Shown here one piece after another: positions 18,528 to 28,102 of a DNA stretch of 64,000 bases (positions are counted from its first letter, which is position 1; the number at the start of each line of letters is the position of its first letter). The notes beneath the pieces are model-generated. The model was not told the origin of the DNA, ran no database searches, and saw nothing but the letters and a program-made list of their open reading frames with translations. This DNA comes from a virus. Taxonomy: Duplodnaviria > Caudoviricetes. A program made the position numbers and the translations under genes. The stretch lies in IMG/VR virus record IMGVR_UViG_3300025098_005131; one strand, written 5' to 3'.

Positions 18528-18536
18528 GGAAAGACT

Positions 18537-18821
18537 ATGTTACCGTTTAGAGAAAAGATAATTGAAGAAAACGAAACATATATACTTGTTCAGCGTGATT
18601 TCATGTCGACACTCATTGAAGAAGACCTAAACTGGCACATGGACGAAGAAGATCGTGATGTATTTGTTGTTGAAGGCGACGGTTGGTATTTACAAATAGA
18701 AAATGAGATACCCCAGTTGATGCAGAAAGAATCTATTTTCAAAATACCAAAAGAAACATGGCATCGAATAATTAATAAAAACGGCACAAATCTAATAATT
18801 AATGTGAGAAAATACAAATGA
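18537..18821 (+). CDS. cupin-fold protein
   Basis: WHMDEEDR...GDGWYLQ...IFKIPKETWHRI. Confidence 0.7.
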   Translation: MLPFREKIIEENETYILVQRDFMSTLIEEDLNWHMDEEDRDVFVVEGDGWYLQIENEIPQLMQKESIFKIPKETWHRIINKNGTNLIINVRKYK

Positions 18822-19039
18822 ATAGTTTACTTAAAGATCTTATACTTGAAATAATACTTTCAGAAGGCAATAAGCCGCCTAAGTGGCTTAGAAAAGCAAA
18901 AAAAGCAATGTATAAAGGAAAAGTTGTTAAAGTAGTAGAAGCAGATGGACCCGGGCCTATGTCTATTATAAAGCTTAGAAGTGGTAAAGGAAAGACAAAG
19001 CAAGTTATGACTAAACATTTAAGTAAGGTTAAGAAATGA
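18818..19039 (+). CDS. small basic protein with LxE leader and SH3-like body
   Basis: MNSLLKDLILEIILSEG; YKGKVVKVV. Confidence 0.55.
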   Translation: MNSLLKDLILEIILSEGNKPPKWLRKAKKAMYKGKVVKVVEADGPGPMSIIKLRSGKGKTKQVMTKHLSKVKK

Positions 19040-20796
19040 TTTTATTAGAAAAATACATAAAGACTTTTTTAAAAGAAGCAGCATCGACAGCTATTATTAA
19101 AAGAGCAAGTGACATTACAGGTCAAGGACAACACCAAAGTGCTGCTTCTTACAGTAATAATATGACAGAAATAGGCAATCAAGAAGTTTTATTAAAACTT
19201 CTTGAAAATGTTGGTAGCAATTGTTTTATTTCTTTTGTTGATAAGTATGATGAAAAAATTCCTAGACTCGAAGTAAGCCCTGAAGTATCATATGATACGC
19301 CTCACGGAAATTACGCTTATCCACTTACTGTTAAGTCTTTAAAGGATATCGTTGAAAAAAGCAGCATTGGAGGGGCAAATTTTGCGATTGAAAGACCCTA
19401 CTTTCATATGTTTAAAAAATCTAATAGTGCCCAATCTGTAGAAATACAACCTGATGGTAGCAACAACTATAGCGGTAGTTATAAAAAAGACTTAAGAACA
19501 ATCGTGCATACTGCAGTTATGTTTAATTCAGCCAAAAAATTAGAAAGTAATCCAATAAAATATGCAGCGCCATCTGACTCTGGTGAAGAAGAAAACAGAT
19601 TAATAAATTTTGGGCGGACAAAACGTCGTATAAAAAGAAAAATAAATGCTAATTCAACACCAAGTCAAGCAAGAGACAGCATATTCAGCAAGACAATGTT
19701 TGCTTTAATTGAAGACTTATGCTATCTTGTCAATCTTAACGACAAAAAATATCCAAGAGAAAGCGTAGAATTAATTGTTGACTACTTAACTAAAGCAATA
19801 GAATTTAAAATTAATTCACGTCAAAATAAATTTTTTAATCGTAAAAATGGAGAAAGTGAATTATTGTCTAAGTTTCATGGACTATATTATGCGTGTTTTA
19901 TGCTTGCAAAAGTAATGTCAGATGATATAGATATATTTGAAGATGATGATGCTAATGCTTTTGATGTAGATAAAATAAACAACCCTAAAGAAAATAGAGT
20001 GCGTCAAGGGTCTATTTTTACAATGCTGTTAAACTCTATTGATATAGACTTTATAAATGACAGAGGATCTAAAACTTTACATCCTAGTGAACCTATACAA
20101 GCTGTTTACTTGAATTCATCTAAAAAAGAAAATGTTGTTTTAGTTGGAACGTTTAAAAATATTTTTCAGATTAAATACTCTCGGGATTACAAAAAAAATA
20201 AAGAACCACATGACCCGGTTACGATGAATAAAATTGTTGATATTCTTGTAAAAAATCCTCAACTTAATGATCTTTTTGGAACAGAACTTTTTGACGATGC
20301 AAAGCTAGATAATCAAGTAGAATTTGATAGAAAACTTGCATGGGCAGATTTAACTAAAAAGAAATTGCTCATTGCAAAATTTATACAGTTCCACTCAACA
20401 AACGATATTTTTAATTTAAACATGTATGTTGGAGATAATGAATTAATAATATTTGATATTGGATTAAAAGGAAACTTTGTTAATTTACCAATAAATGAAA
20501 AGATTATTTCAATAAAAAACAATTTAAAAAAGATGGCAAAAATTGAACATCGTCTTGACTATATTGGAGTGTTTTTAAATAAACAAATGTGGAAAAACAA
20601 AAATCTTTATACTACTCACCCCTACTCAGCCCAGTCAATGTATGAGATTTGCGATAAAGTTTATACAGAAATGGAAAATTACTTGGCAAGCTTAGATGAT
20701 TTAGGTAAAAAAGAAAATCAAGAAAAATACATAACAATTAAAATGTTTGTTGAGTTTTTGGAGCAAATTATTATTTTTCTTCAAAATTTAAAATAA
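19036..20796 (+). CDS. probable virion internal protein with TPHGxYxYP domain; paralog of the ORF at 63144
   Basis: leader MILLEKYIKTFLKEA; EVSPEVSYDTPHGNYAYPL...NFAIERPYFH. Confidence 0.65.
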   Translation: MILLEKYIKTFLKEAASTAIIKRASDITGQGQHQSAASYSNNMTEIGNQEVLLKLLENVGSNCFISFVDKYDEKIPRLEVSPEVSYDTPHGNYAYPLTVKSLKDIVEKSSIGGANFAIERPYFHMFKKSNSAQSVEIQPDGSNNYSGSYKKDLRTIVHTAVMFNSAKKLESNPIKYAAPSDSGEEENRLINFGRTKRRIKRKINANSTPSQARDSIFSKTMFALIEDLCYLVNLNDKKYPRESVELIVDYLTKAIEFKINSRQNKFFNRKNGESELLSKFHGLYYACFMLAKVMSDDIDIFEDDDANAFDVDKINNPKENRVRQGSIFTMLLNSIDIDFINDRGSKTLHPSEPIQAVYLNSSKKENVVLVGTFKNIFQIKYSRDYKKNKEPHDPVTMNKIVDILVKNPQLNDLFGTELFDDAKLDNQVEFDRKLAWADLTKKKLLIAKFIQFHSTNDIFNLNMYVGDNELIIFDIGLKGNFVNLPINEKIISIKNNLKKMAKIEHRLDYIGVFLNKQMWKNKNLYTTHPYSAQSMYEICDKVYTEMENYLASLDDLGKKENQEKYITIKMFVEFLEQIIIFLQNLK

Positions 20797-20846
20797 ACTA
20801 TTCTGGAATATTTTATAAGGGCGAAAATTGATTAGGTTGCATTGAA

Positions 20847-21248
20847 ATGAGTAACGATTTTATTTTAGAAGAGTATATTAAAGAAGCTTTATTAATCGAA
20901 AGCAAGAAGAAAAAGAAAGATCCTAAAGTAGGCACAGGTAAAAAACCCAAAGGAAGTGGAAGACGTTTATATACAGACGAAAATCCTAAAGATACTGTAA
21001 GAGTAAAATTTAGAACAGCTACAGATATTCGTGATACTCTTTCAAAAAAATCTTTTAAGTCTAAATCTCATGCTAGACAATCACAAATTATAAATTTAAT
21101 CCATCAGCGAGTTAGAGCTGCTTATAGAAATGCAAAAGACCCAAAAGTAAAAGCACGACTCAAAAAAGCATATGAATATGCAAAGAAGCGAAAAGAATCT
21201 TCAAAACAAAAAACGAAAAGAATAAATAAAAGCAAAAACAAGAAATAA
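20847..21248 (+). CDS. Lys/Arg-rich protein with acidic LLxE leader
   Basis: MSNDFILEEYIKEALLIES then poly-K; RRLYTDENPKDT. Confidence 0.7.
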   Translation: MSNDFILEEYIKEALLIESKKKKKDPKVGTGKKPKGSGRRLYTDENPKDTVRVKFRTATDIRDTLSKKSFKSKSHARQSQIINLIHQRVRAAYRNAKDPKVKARLKKAYEYAKKRKESSKQKTKRINKSKNKK

Positions 21249-21284
21249 TTATTTTATATAAAAGAAGACTTTTGAGTAGCAACA

Positions 21285-21581
21285 ATGCAAGATTTATTAA
21301 TGTTAGAAGAATTTATTAGAGAAACCTTGTTAGATGAGGCAAGAAAAAAACAAAAGAGGAAAAAGAGTAAATCAAAAAAGAAATCTCCAGAGAAAAAATA
21401 TCCATCTCAATATAAAGCTAAAGGTAAAAGAAAAAAGAAGTTAGATCGTGCAACAGATTTAGCAAAAAGTAGCAAAGCATCTGACAGACAAAAAGCTTAT
21501 AAAATGAGAGATAATATGGAAAAGTCTGAGAGAAAGAAAAAAGGTTACAAAAACGTTCCAAGGCATGATAGTAAGAAATAG
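21285..21581 (+). CDS. Lys/Arg-rich protein with acidic LLxE leader
   Basis: MQDLLMLEEFIRETLLDEA then very basic body. Confidence 0.7.
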   Translation: MQDLLMLEEFIRETLLDEARKKQKRKKSKSKKKSPEKKYPSQYKAKGKRKKKLDRATDLAKSSKASDRQKAYKMRDNMEKSERKKKGYKNVPRHDSKK

Positions 21582-21591
21582 GAAAATATAG

Positions 21592-21963
21592 ATGAACGAC
21601 TTGATATTATTAGAAGAATTTATTAGAGAATCATTATTAGATGAAGCCAAAAAAGGTAGAAAAAAGAAAAAGAAAAAAAGTTCTGCCAAAAAAAAGACTA
21701 CTAAGAAAACAAAAAAGAAGTCTTCGTCAGGAGGCTTGTCTGCAGCTACAAAAGAAACTTTAAATAAAAAGGCAGACAAAAGAGGTTTAACAAGAGGTTC
21801 TGTTTACGCTGAGTATAGAAAAGGTTTAGCAGCTTGGGCAACTAGCGGTAGTAGAAAAGGCATGTCGCAACATCAATGGGCTCATGCAAGAGTTAACTCA
21901 GCAACACCTTCAAAGCCTTGGGCTGTTGTTAAAAAGAAAGCTGCCGGCAAAAAGAAAAAATGA
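21592..21963 (+). CDS. Lys/Arg-rich protein with acidic LLxE leader
   Basis: MNDLILLEEFIRESLLDEA; YRKGLAAW...QHQWAHARVNS; leader DNA shares 21 bp exactly with the previous gene. Confidence 0.7.
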   Translation: MNDLILLEEFIRESLLDEAKKGRKKKKKKSSAKKKTTKKTKKKSSSGGLSAATKETLNKKADKRGLTRGSVYAEYRKGLAAWATSGSRKGMSQHQWAHARVNSATPSKPWAVVKKKAAGKKKK

Positions 21964-22616
21964 ACAATCTACTAATAGAACATAAAAAAATATTATCTGA
22001 AGGCTTGCAGTTTCATTTAATAGAAAGTATAGGAATAGAAAATAATATCTACCGCCCAGGATCCTCTAAATACTTCAGTTTGTTTAGAGAAGTAAGAGAC
22101 TTAAGTGAAATAGGTTTATATGAATTAAGTCCAGCAGAAGCTTATTATATTAACGAAACAAGTATTGGTGAATGGGACTTTTACAATGGTGATCTTGTCC
22201 CCTTAGACTATCCTATTTTGGAAGGTGACGAATCTTTAAAAGCAAGTATTCCTCTAGAAATATTAGAAGAAAAGCGAAAGCGAAAAAAGAAGAAGAAGTC
22301 ACGCAAAGGAAAGAGCACGAAAAAAAGTGGCAACATGTATAAAGGTAAAAAAGTTGAGCTTAATAAACCTAGAAGAGGTGGTTCTAAAAAGTTTTATGTA
22401 TATGTTAAAAACCTAAAAACAGGAAATATTAAAAAGGTTCAGTGGGGTGCAAAAGGAATGTCTGTAGGTATTAGTGATCCTAAAAGAAGGAAATCATTTG
22501 CAGCTCGTCACCGATGTCATTTAACTAAAGACAAAACAACAGCAAGTTATTGGGCCTGTAGAACTGGCAGGTATCCTCATTTGACAGGAGGAAAAAAGAA
22601 ATATACATGGTGGTGA
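21960..22616 (+). CDS. basic protein with acidic propeptide-like N-half
   Basis: ILSEG, ILEE then poly-K; KKFYVYV...RRKSFAARHRC...SYWACR. Confidence 0.7.
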   Translation: MNNLLIEHKKILSEGLQFHLIESIGIENNIYRPGSSKYFSLFREVRDLSEIGLYELSPAEAYYINETSIGEWDFYNGDLVPLDYPILEGDESLKASIPLEILEEKRKRKKKKKSRKGKSTKKSGNMYKGKKVELNKPRRGGSKKFYVYVKNLKTGNIKKVQWGAKGMSVGISDPKRRKSFAARHRCHLTKDKTTASYWACRTGRYPHLTGGKKKYTWW

Positions 22617-22617
22617 T

Positions 22618-23109
22618 TTATTTTTTAGAAAACTTTTTATAACCTTTAACAGTTCTGTTATTAAATCTTTTTGAAAGATAATTTCTAAGTTCATCTGTCA
22701 TATTAAAATTCGCTAGTTTTTGATCGTCAGGTACATTATTGATTTTTTTTACTAACTCTTTTATGAAATCATTTTCTAAATCATTGTCTACAATTGCTGA
22801 CGTATCATCATCGACATCAAAATTAGCCATAAAGTTACTTGGCCGATTTTCATCTTTAAGGCTTGCTAAAGATTTAATAAGTTCTGCTACATCTAATGCG
22901 CCACCAACAGGAGTAAAACCTAGTGCTGCCTTTATTACTTCTCCCCCTTTTTTAGCCTTACCTTTCAGGACTGTTTTATTTAAAAGGCTTTTTAACTCAC
23001 CGTATGTAGTGTCTTTATTTATATTATTGAAAGGATTTTCTAGCAATACTTTTTTGTTTAAAGAAGTTATTTTCTCTTTAATATAGTTTTCAAGAATTTT
23101 ATTGTTCAT
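22618..23109 (-). CDS. hypothetical protein with LxE leader
   Basis: MNNKILENYIKE...VLLEN. Confidence 0.65.
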   Translation of the reverse strand: MNNKILENYIKEKITSLNKKVLLENPFNNINKDTTYGELKSLLNKTVLKGKAKKGGEVIKAALGFTPVGGALDVAELIKSLASLKDENRPSNFMANFDVDDDTSAIVDNDLENDFIKELVKKINNVPDDQKLANFNMTDELRNYLSKRFNNRTVKGYKKFSKK

Positions 23110-23177
23110 ATTTCATCCTATAATGATTTTTTCTCATATATTTACTATATATTTGATTTGCTATAAAAAGGTAAGAT

Positions 23178-23543
23178 ATGAAACCGTATTATTATATTGC
23201 TGATGTTGTAAAAGTTTATGATGGCGATACGTGCACATGTGTTGTTGACTTAGGCTTTAAAACGTCTACGCGCATTAAAGTAAGACTTGTAGGTATTGAT
23301 ACACCAGAAGTTAGAACAAAAGACTTAGACGAGAAAGAAAAAGGTTTAGCAACACGTGATTGGTTGCGTGAGAGAATTCTTGGTAAGAAGGTGCTATTAC
23401 ATACAGCCAAGCGAGGAAAGTTCGGTAGATGGCTTGGAACCATTTGGGAGTTAGAACAAGATAAACCTGAGTTTGAAAATAGTTATAATAAACAATTAAT
23501 AAACGAAGGCTTAGCTAAAGAATACTGGGGTGGCAAAAGATGA
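23178..23543 (+). CDS. thermonuclease (SNase) family nuclease
   Basis: VYDGDT, VRLVGIDTPE, GKFGRWLG, LINEGLA. Confidence 0.9.
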   Translation: MKPYYYIADVVKVYDGDTCTCVVDLGFKTSTRIKVRLVGIDTPEVRTKDLDEKEKGLATRDWLRERILGKKVLLHTAKRGKFGRWLGTIWELEQDKPEFENSYNKQLINEGLAKEYWGGKR

Positions 23544-26485
23544 AATATAGTCTTAAAAATGAATATAAAAGTTTACTCAAAGAAGAAATGTTTAGTTTGT
23601 ACAGTGAAGATGATTTTGAGGTAGATTATTTAGACAATGAAGAAGAAAACTTTAATCAAGACTATGTTGAAATATCGCCTAGGAAAAATGCTATTTTAAA
23701 AAACAAAGATCTTCAAGACAAGTCTTTTATATACTCAATTGAAAACATTGATGATTTGAAAAACAACAAAGAATTACAGCTAAATTATGTAGATACAATT
23801 TTTTCTGGAAGACTTGACAATATAAATACTTCTTTAGACACAGAATACAAGGCTTTAAATACAAAGTTAAAAGCGAGAAGTGTATCAATATCTGGATTGT
23901 TTTCAAAATGTTTTCTTACAGCATTTAAGAGCTTTTACATTAGTAAGTCTCTGTCGCCAAAAGAAATAAATTTTAGTTTTAATGACGAAAAAGTTAGATT
24001 AAATATAAAGACTTGCTATGAAAAAGAAATAGAGCTACTTATTGCCAAGTATAAAATAGAAACAAATGGTGACAAAACTGTAAAAATAAACAAAAGTCAC
24101 AAATCATTTATTAGTACATGGCCTGGAGAAAGTTTTGCAGATAGAATAAGCTTTAACTCATCACAAAAGCCTTATTGCAAGTCTAAAAACAAAGATCTTT
24201 TTGACATTTTTTATGACGAATTCTTAAACAAAAAAGACAATAAATTAATGTCTTTTAATATACAGAGTCTTGATCGAGATGAATTCAAAGCAGGAAAAGC
24301 TAAGAATATAGAAATAGGAAAAATTATTTTAGACTTCTATACGACAGAAAAGTCTGTTGATATATACGAGTATTGTTCAGAAAATGATTTAAGACAAGAT
24401 GTTAGTAGCATAAAAGAAATAATAGACAAATTAAATAATTCTGAGTTTGCAAAAACTTCACTAAGTTTTACTAATTCAAATGCAATAGGTCCTGGAGAGT
24501 TTGCTTGTCATTTATTGTTTAATACAAACAATGCACTTCTTAATATTGAGCCAGACGTTATTTTTAATTTTAATAAAGGAAAGGCATCAGTAAAAAACTT
24601 TAGGGCAGGTGGTGTAAGAACAGGCACAACGATGTCTTATGAGATTAAAACATCACTTACTAATTTATTTGAATTCATCTACAAAGATAAAGTCGATATT
24701 AAAAATTGGAATGAGTCAAAGTTTAACTTTTCTCAAGTTGATAACGATAAATATACAGAAAACTTTAAAAAATATCTAAACAAAGACGAAACTGAAAAAG
24801 AGACGCATGATAAATTAAAAAAAGAATTACAAGGTTTGTGGAAAGATCTTAAAAAAAGTGTTGCATTTGAACATAAGGCTGACTTTGTTATCTGTATTGA
24901 TGAAACAAAAAATCCTTTAAGTCCTTTTTATTTTGTTGATAAAGATAATTTTAACAAATACGAAAGTCAAATCAATATTATAAGCTGCAGAGAAGGAAGA
25001 GTTAATTTTTTAATTACTAGAGACAGACCTTTTTCTAGTTCAAAAATTAATAAAAGCTTTGATGACATTTTAAAAGAAAATGCCTTTAAAAAAGAAAGCA
25101 TGCTTAAAGAAGCTTATTCATACTTATTTAAAAAAAAAATAATTAGTGAAGGTGGTTTAGCAGGTCATATGATGCATCCTTATGAAGCATTAGATATGAC
25201 GCCAAGACAGATCATTGATAGAATAAAAGAATATAGCACTTCACAAAAGATTATAGAAAAAGTCGATGGACAAAACTTATTCTTTACAGTCGAAGAAGAC
25301 GGCACTCTTATGTTCGCTCGCAACAAAGAAGATATGACGCACGATGATCTAGTAGAAAAGTTTACTAATCACCCAGCAGAAGTTCCATTTGTTACAGGTG
25401 GTAATGCTATTAAGAAAGGTGTAGACCAGTGGTTATCCTCTGCAGGTGCATTTGGAAGTCAAGAAATACTAGATATCTTTCACCCAGATGGTGAAGCTAG
25501 ATCATTTATAAACTTTGAAATTATGCATAAAGACCACCCAAATCAATTAGAATACGGAGAAAACTTTATTGTTTTCCATAGCATTGTTGATTTTATCAAT
25601 GGAAGGGAAGCAGTTTATTCTTCAAACAACAGTCAAAGGCTCAATAAGTTAATTAATCTTATGAAACCGGGCATTGAATCTTCTAATTATACGCTAGCAT
25701 CTAATAGAACAGTTGATATTAATAAACTTACAAACGTACAGATAACTCATTATGTAGATAGAATCAAAGAAATTGCTAATCAATTAGACATTACTGAGTC
25801 TGAGTTTCTTGGAGACGGGGTAGAAAAACAAATTAAAAAACAATTAGATGCTGAAGGCATTAATATTAGTGACGAAGCAATAAAGATTTTATATGACTTT
25901 GCACTTTATGGTGAAGATAGACTAGGTAATAAAATAAAAAGTAAAGACTTTACTAAACTAATGAAGCCTGACGATATAAAGAAGCTAAGAGCTATTAATT
26001 TAACTAGTGCTAACAAGGCAGCAGCTAAAGTAAGAAGTATATTGTCTCCGTTTAAAGATATATTTGTTGATCTAGGTATGAACTTGTTAGACGGCACACC
26101 TTCAGCGTATATGGATTCTGAAACTGACTTAAGTAATATTGATAATTTGCGTGACAAGTTAGAAACTGCGATTGATGATCTCAGGATGTATATGAATAGT
26201 ACGCCAGAAAACAAATGGGATCCAGTAGTAAATAGACTTAAACCACATTATGATAAAGTTGTTGAAGCAGGCGTATACAATACAATATCGACTTCAGTTG
26301 AAGGAGGTGTTTATGACTATCAAGGTGACCTTCTAAAAGTTACTGGTGGGTTTGCACCGTTAAATCAGATTTTAGGCGCAGCATACAGAGATAAAAAAGG
26401 CATATTTCCAACCTTTAAACAAAAGTTTATGAAACAGGAATCAAATAGAAGATCTTTAAAATCTGTTTTTAATTTAGTCTACTAA
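23540..26485 (+). CDS. 981 aa protein: N-terminal possible PD-(D/E)xK-like region plus C-terminal RNA-ligase-like nucleotidyltransferase
   Basis: C-half motifs I EKVDGQN, III NFEIM, IIIa IVFH, IV VEGGVY, V LLKV; LLKE leader; internal ILKE/MLKE/IISE sites before GGLAGHM. Confidence 0.7.
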   Translation: MKYSLKNEYKSLLKEEMFSLYSEDDFEVDYLDNEEENFNQDYVEISPRKNAILKNKDLQDKSFIYSIENIDDLKNNKELQLNYVDTIFSGRLDNINTSLDTEYKALNTKLKARSVSISGLFSKCFLTAFKSFYISKSLSPKEINFSFNDEKVRLNIKTCYEKEIELLIAKYKIETNGDKTVKINKSHKSFISTWPGESFADRISFNSSQKPYCKSKNKDLFDIFYDEFLNKKDNKLMSFNIQSLDRDEFKAGKAKNIEIGKIILDFYTTEKSVDIYEYCSENDLRQDVSSIKEIIDKLNNSEFAKTSLSFTNSNAIGPGEFACHLLFNTNNALLNIEPDVIFNFNKGKASVKNFRAGGVRTGTTMSYEIKTSLTNLFEFIYKDKVDIKNWNESKFNFSQVDNDKYTENFKKYLNKDETEKETHDKLKKELQGLWKDLKKSVAFEHKADFVICIDETKNPLSPFYFVDKDNFNKYESQINIISCREGRVNFLITRDRPFSSSKINKSFDDILKENAFKKESMLKEAYSYLFKKKIISEGGLAGHMMHPYEALDMTPRQIIDRIKEYSTSQKIIEKVDGQNLFFTVEEDGTLMFARNKEDMTHDDLVEKFTNHPAEVPFVTGGNAIKKGVDQWLSSAGAFGSQEILDIFHPDGEARSFINFEIMHKDHPNQLEYGENFIVFHSIVDFINGREAVYSSNNSQRLNKLINLMKPGIESSNYTLASNRTVDINKLTNVQITHYVDRIKEIANQLDITESEFLGDGVEKQIKKQLDAEGINISDEAIKILYDFALYGEDRLGNKIKSKDFTKLMKPDDIKKLRAINLTSANKAAAKVRSILSPFKDIFVDLGMNLLDGTPSAYMDSETDLSNIDNLRDKLETAIDDLRMYMNSTPENKWDPVVNRLKPHYDKVVEAGVYNTISTSVEGGVYDYQGDLLKVTGGFAPLNQILGAAYRDKKGIFPTFKQKFMKQESNRRSLKSVFNLVY

Positions 26486-27110
26486 ATAAAATATTAAATA
26501 TTTCTTCTTTATCTTCATCATCTATATCTGGTAATCCATCTAAAAATAAAAATTTATCTTGAGAAGCATTTGACAGATAAGATCTCATTAATGTTCCACT
26601 TATATTTGGTGAGTCGTCACCTCTTTCAAACGATTTAATCCAAACTCTATCTTTTATGTTTTTATAAAATTTGTCTTGATATCTATTTGAGTCATCTTTT
26701 CCAGTATATACTGCATACGTTTTGTCGTTTATGTTTCCTTGTTCAGAAATATCACCTAAAAACTTGTAAACGTTACCAACAGGAGAACCACCATATACAC
26801 ATTCTACATTTTCAGGAAGATAACTTGTTATAATATTTTCCCAAATAAACTGCATATCTTCTCCATAGATAGTTATCTCACCTTTTCTCGAACGATCAGA
26901 AATAGAAACATACACTATTACTTTACTACATTGCTCAGCAGCTTTTTGTATTAAAAACATATGACCTTTATGAAAAGGTTTTGCAGACATTGGTACTAAT
27001 CCTACACTAAAAAATTGAGGATCTTCTCTTTCTATGTTAACGCTAGAAAGTATCTCGTCTTCTTCTTTGAGAAAACTTCTCCAGCTTTCTACCAATAACT
27101 TTGTCTTCAT
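26469..27110 (-). CDS. HIGH-superfamily nucleotidyltransferase (cytidylyltransferase/NMNAT-like)
   Basis: AKPFHKGH (HxGH), YTGKDDSNR, ISGTLMRS (KMSKS-like); leader MKTKLLVESWRSFLKEE. Confidence 0.85.
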   Translation of the reverse strand: MKTKLLVESWRSFLKEEDEILSSVNIEREDPQFFSVGLVPMSAKPFHKGHMFLIQKAAEQCSKVIVYVSISDRSRKGEITIYGEDMQFIWENIITSYLPENVECVYGGSPVGNVYKFLGDISEQGNINDKTYAVYTGKDDSNRYQDKFYKNIKDRVWIKSFERGDDSPNISGTLMRSYLSNASQDKFLFLDGLPDIDDEDKEEIFNILFSRLN

Positions 27111-27117
27111 TTAATTT

Positions 27118-28071
27118 TTAACCTTTTATAAGTCCTGCTAATTTATTCCATCTTTGCAAGTCAATTGATTCTCTTACATCAAGCCCTCCTTTATTAAGAA
27201 CTTTAATGAGATTTTGTGTAGCTTTTCCTTTCTGTTCAAATCCAGGTTCTATATCACCTGATATTTCTTGCGCATGTTCTGGATCGTCTGCAACAGGCAT
27301 ATCAACTCTATTACTTCCTTGAATTAAAACAGCACCATCATTTACACCATCACAAGACTTGCAATTATCTGCCATTTTATTTGCTGCCCATGATAAAGCA
27401 TCATCACCTTTTTCCCCATTACCTTCCTCGCTAGCCCACTTTTCACACACGCTAGTTGCTTTTCCTTCACCACTTTCTCCTGGAACTGCTTTACTACTTT
27501 TGTCTGCGGTTTTAAGCTTCTCTAATATTTTAGCAGAATCACTGAACACTGCAAAAGATCCATCGCCTGGCTTTCCTTTATTATGTCCCATAAATGCTGC
27601 AGTTGCAACATTTAATACTTTAACAGCATCTTTAGGATCGATACCACTGATTTCGTAACCTCGAACTTCAGATTCTGGTGAAACCATACAAGTTGCAACC
27701 CATCTATGATGCCCGTCTAAAAGATAACCGCCACAAGTAAAAGCACCTAAATCACCACCAGGACCACCTGATCCGTACATTGTTCCGTTTAACATTCCTA
27801 GCGCAAAGTGTACTGCTTTTCCTAAGTTCATTGAGCTCTGAGAAGGCTTTAAAGATTTACACGTACCAACTTTTTTACTTGACTCTGAAACTTTAACTGA
27901 ATCACTACTATCTGCATCTTTTATTTGAATAAGTGCTTTTGCTTTTTCTATATCTACATTTTTAAGAGGAAAAGCTTTTTTTACTATTTCTCTAAATTCA
28001 CTTTTGCTTTGTCCTTTTTCTTCTTTTTGATCTTCTTCAAACAATAAATTAACTAATTTTTTTCTTTTCAT
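27118..28071 (-). CDS. ParB/sulfiredoxin-like domain protein
   Basis: LKPSQS...YLLDGHHRW; leader LVNLLFEE; C-terminal RWNKLAGL. Confidence 0.7.
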   Translation of the reverse strand: MKRKKLVNLLFEEDQKEEKGQSKSEFREIVKKAFPLKNVDIEKAKALIQIKDADSSDSVKVSESSKKVGTCKSLKPSQSSMNLGKAVHFALGMLNGTMYGSGGPGGDLGAFTCGGYLLDGHHRWVATCMVSPESEVRGYEISGIDPKDAVKVLNVATAAFMGHNKGKPGDGSFAVFSDSAKILEKLKTADKSSKAVPGESGEGKATSVCEKWASEEGNGEKGDDALSWAANKMADNCKSCDGVNDGAVLIQGSNRVDMPVADDPEHAQEISGDIEPGFEQKGKATQNLIKVLNKGGLDVRESIDLQRWNKLAGLIKG

Positions 28072-28102
28072 TATTTATACCTTGCAAAAATTATATTTCT
28101 AA

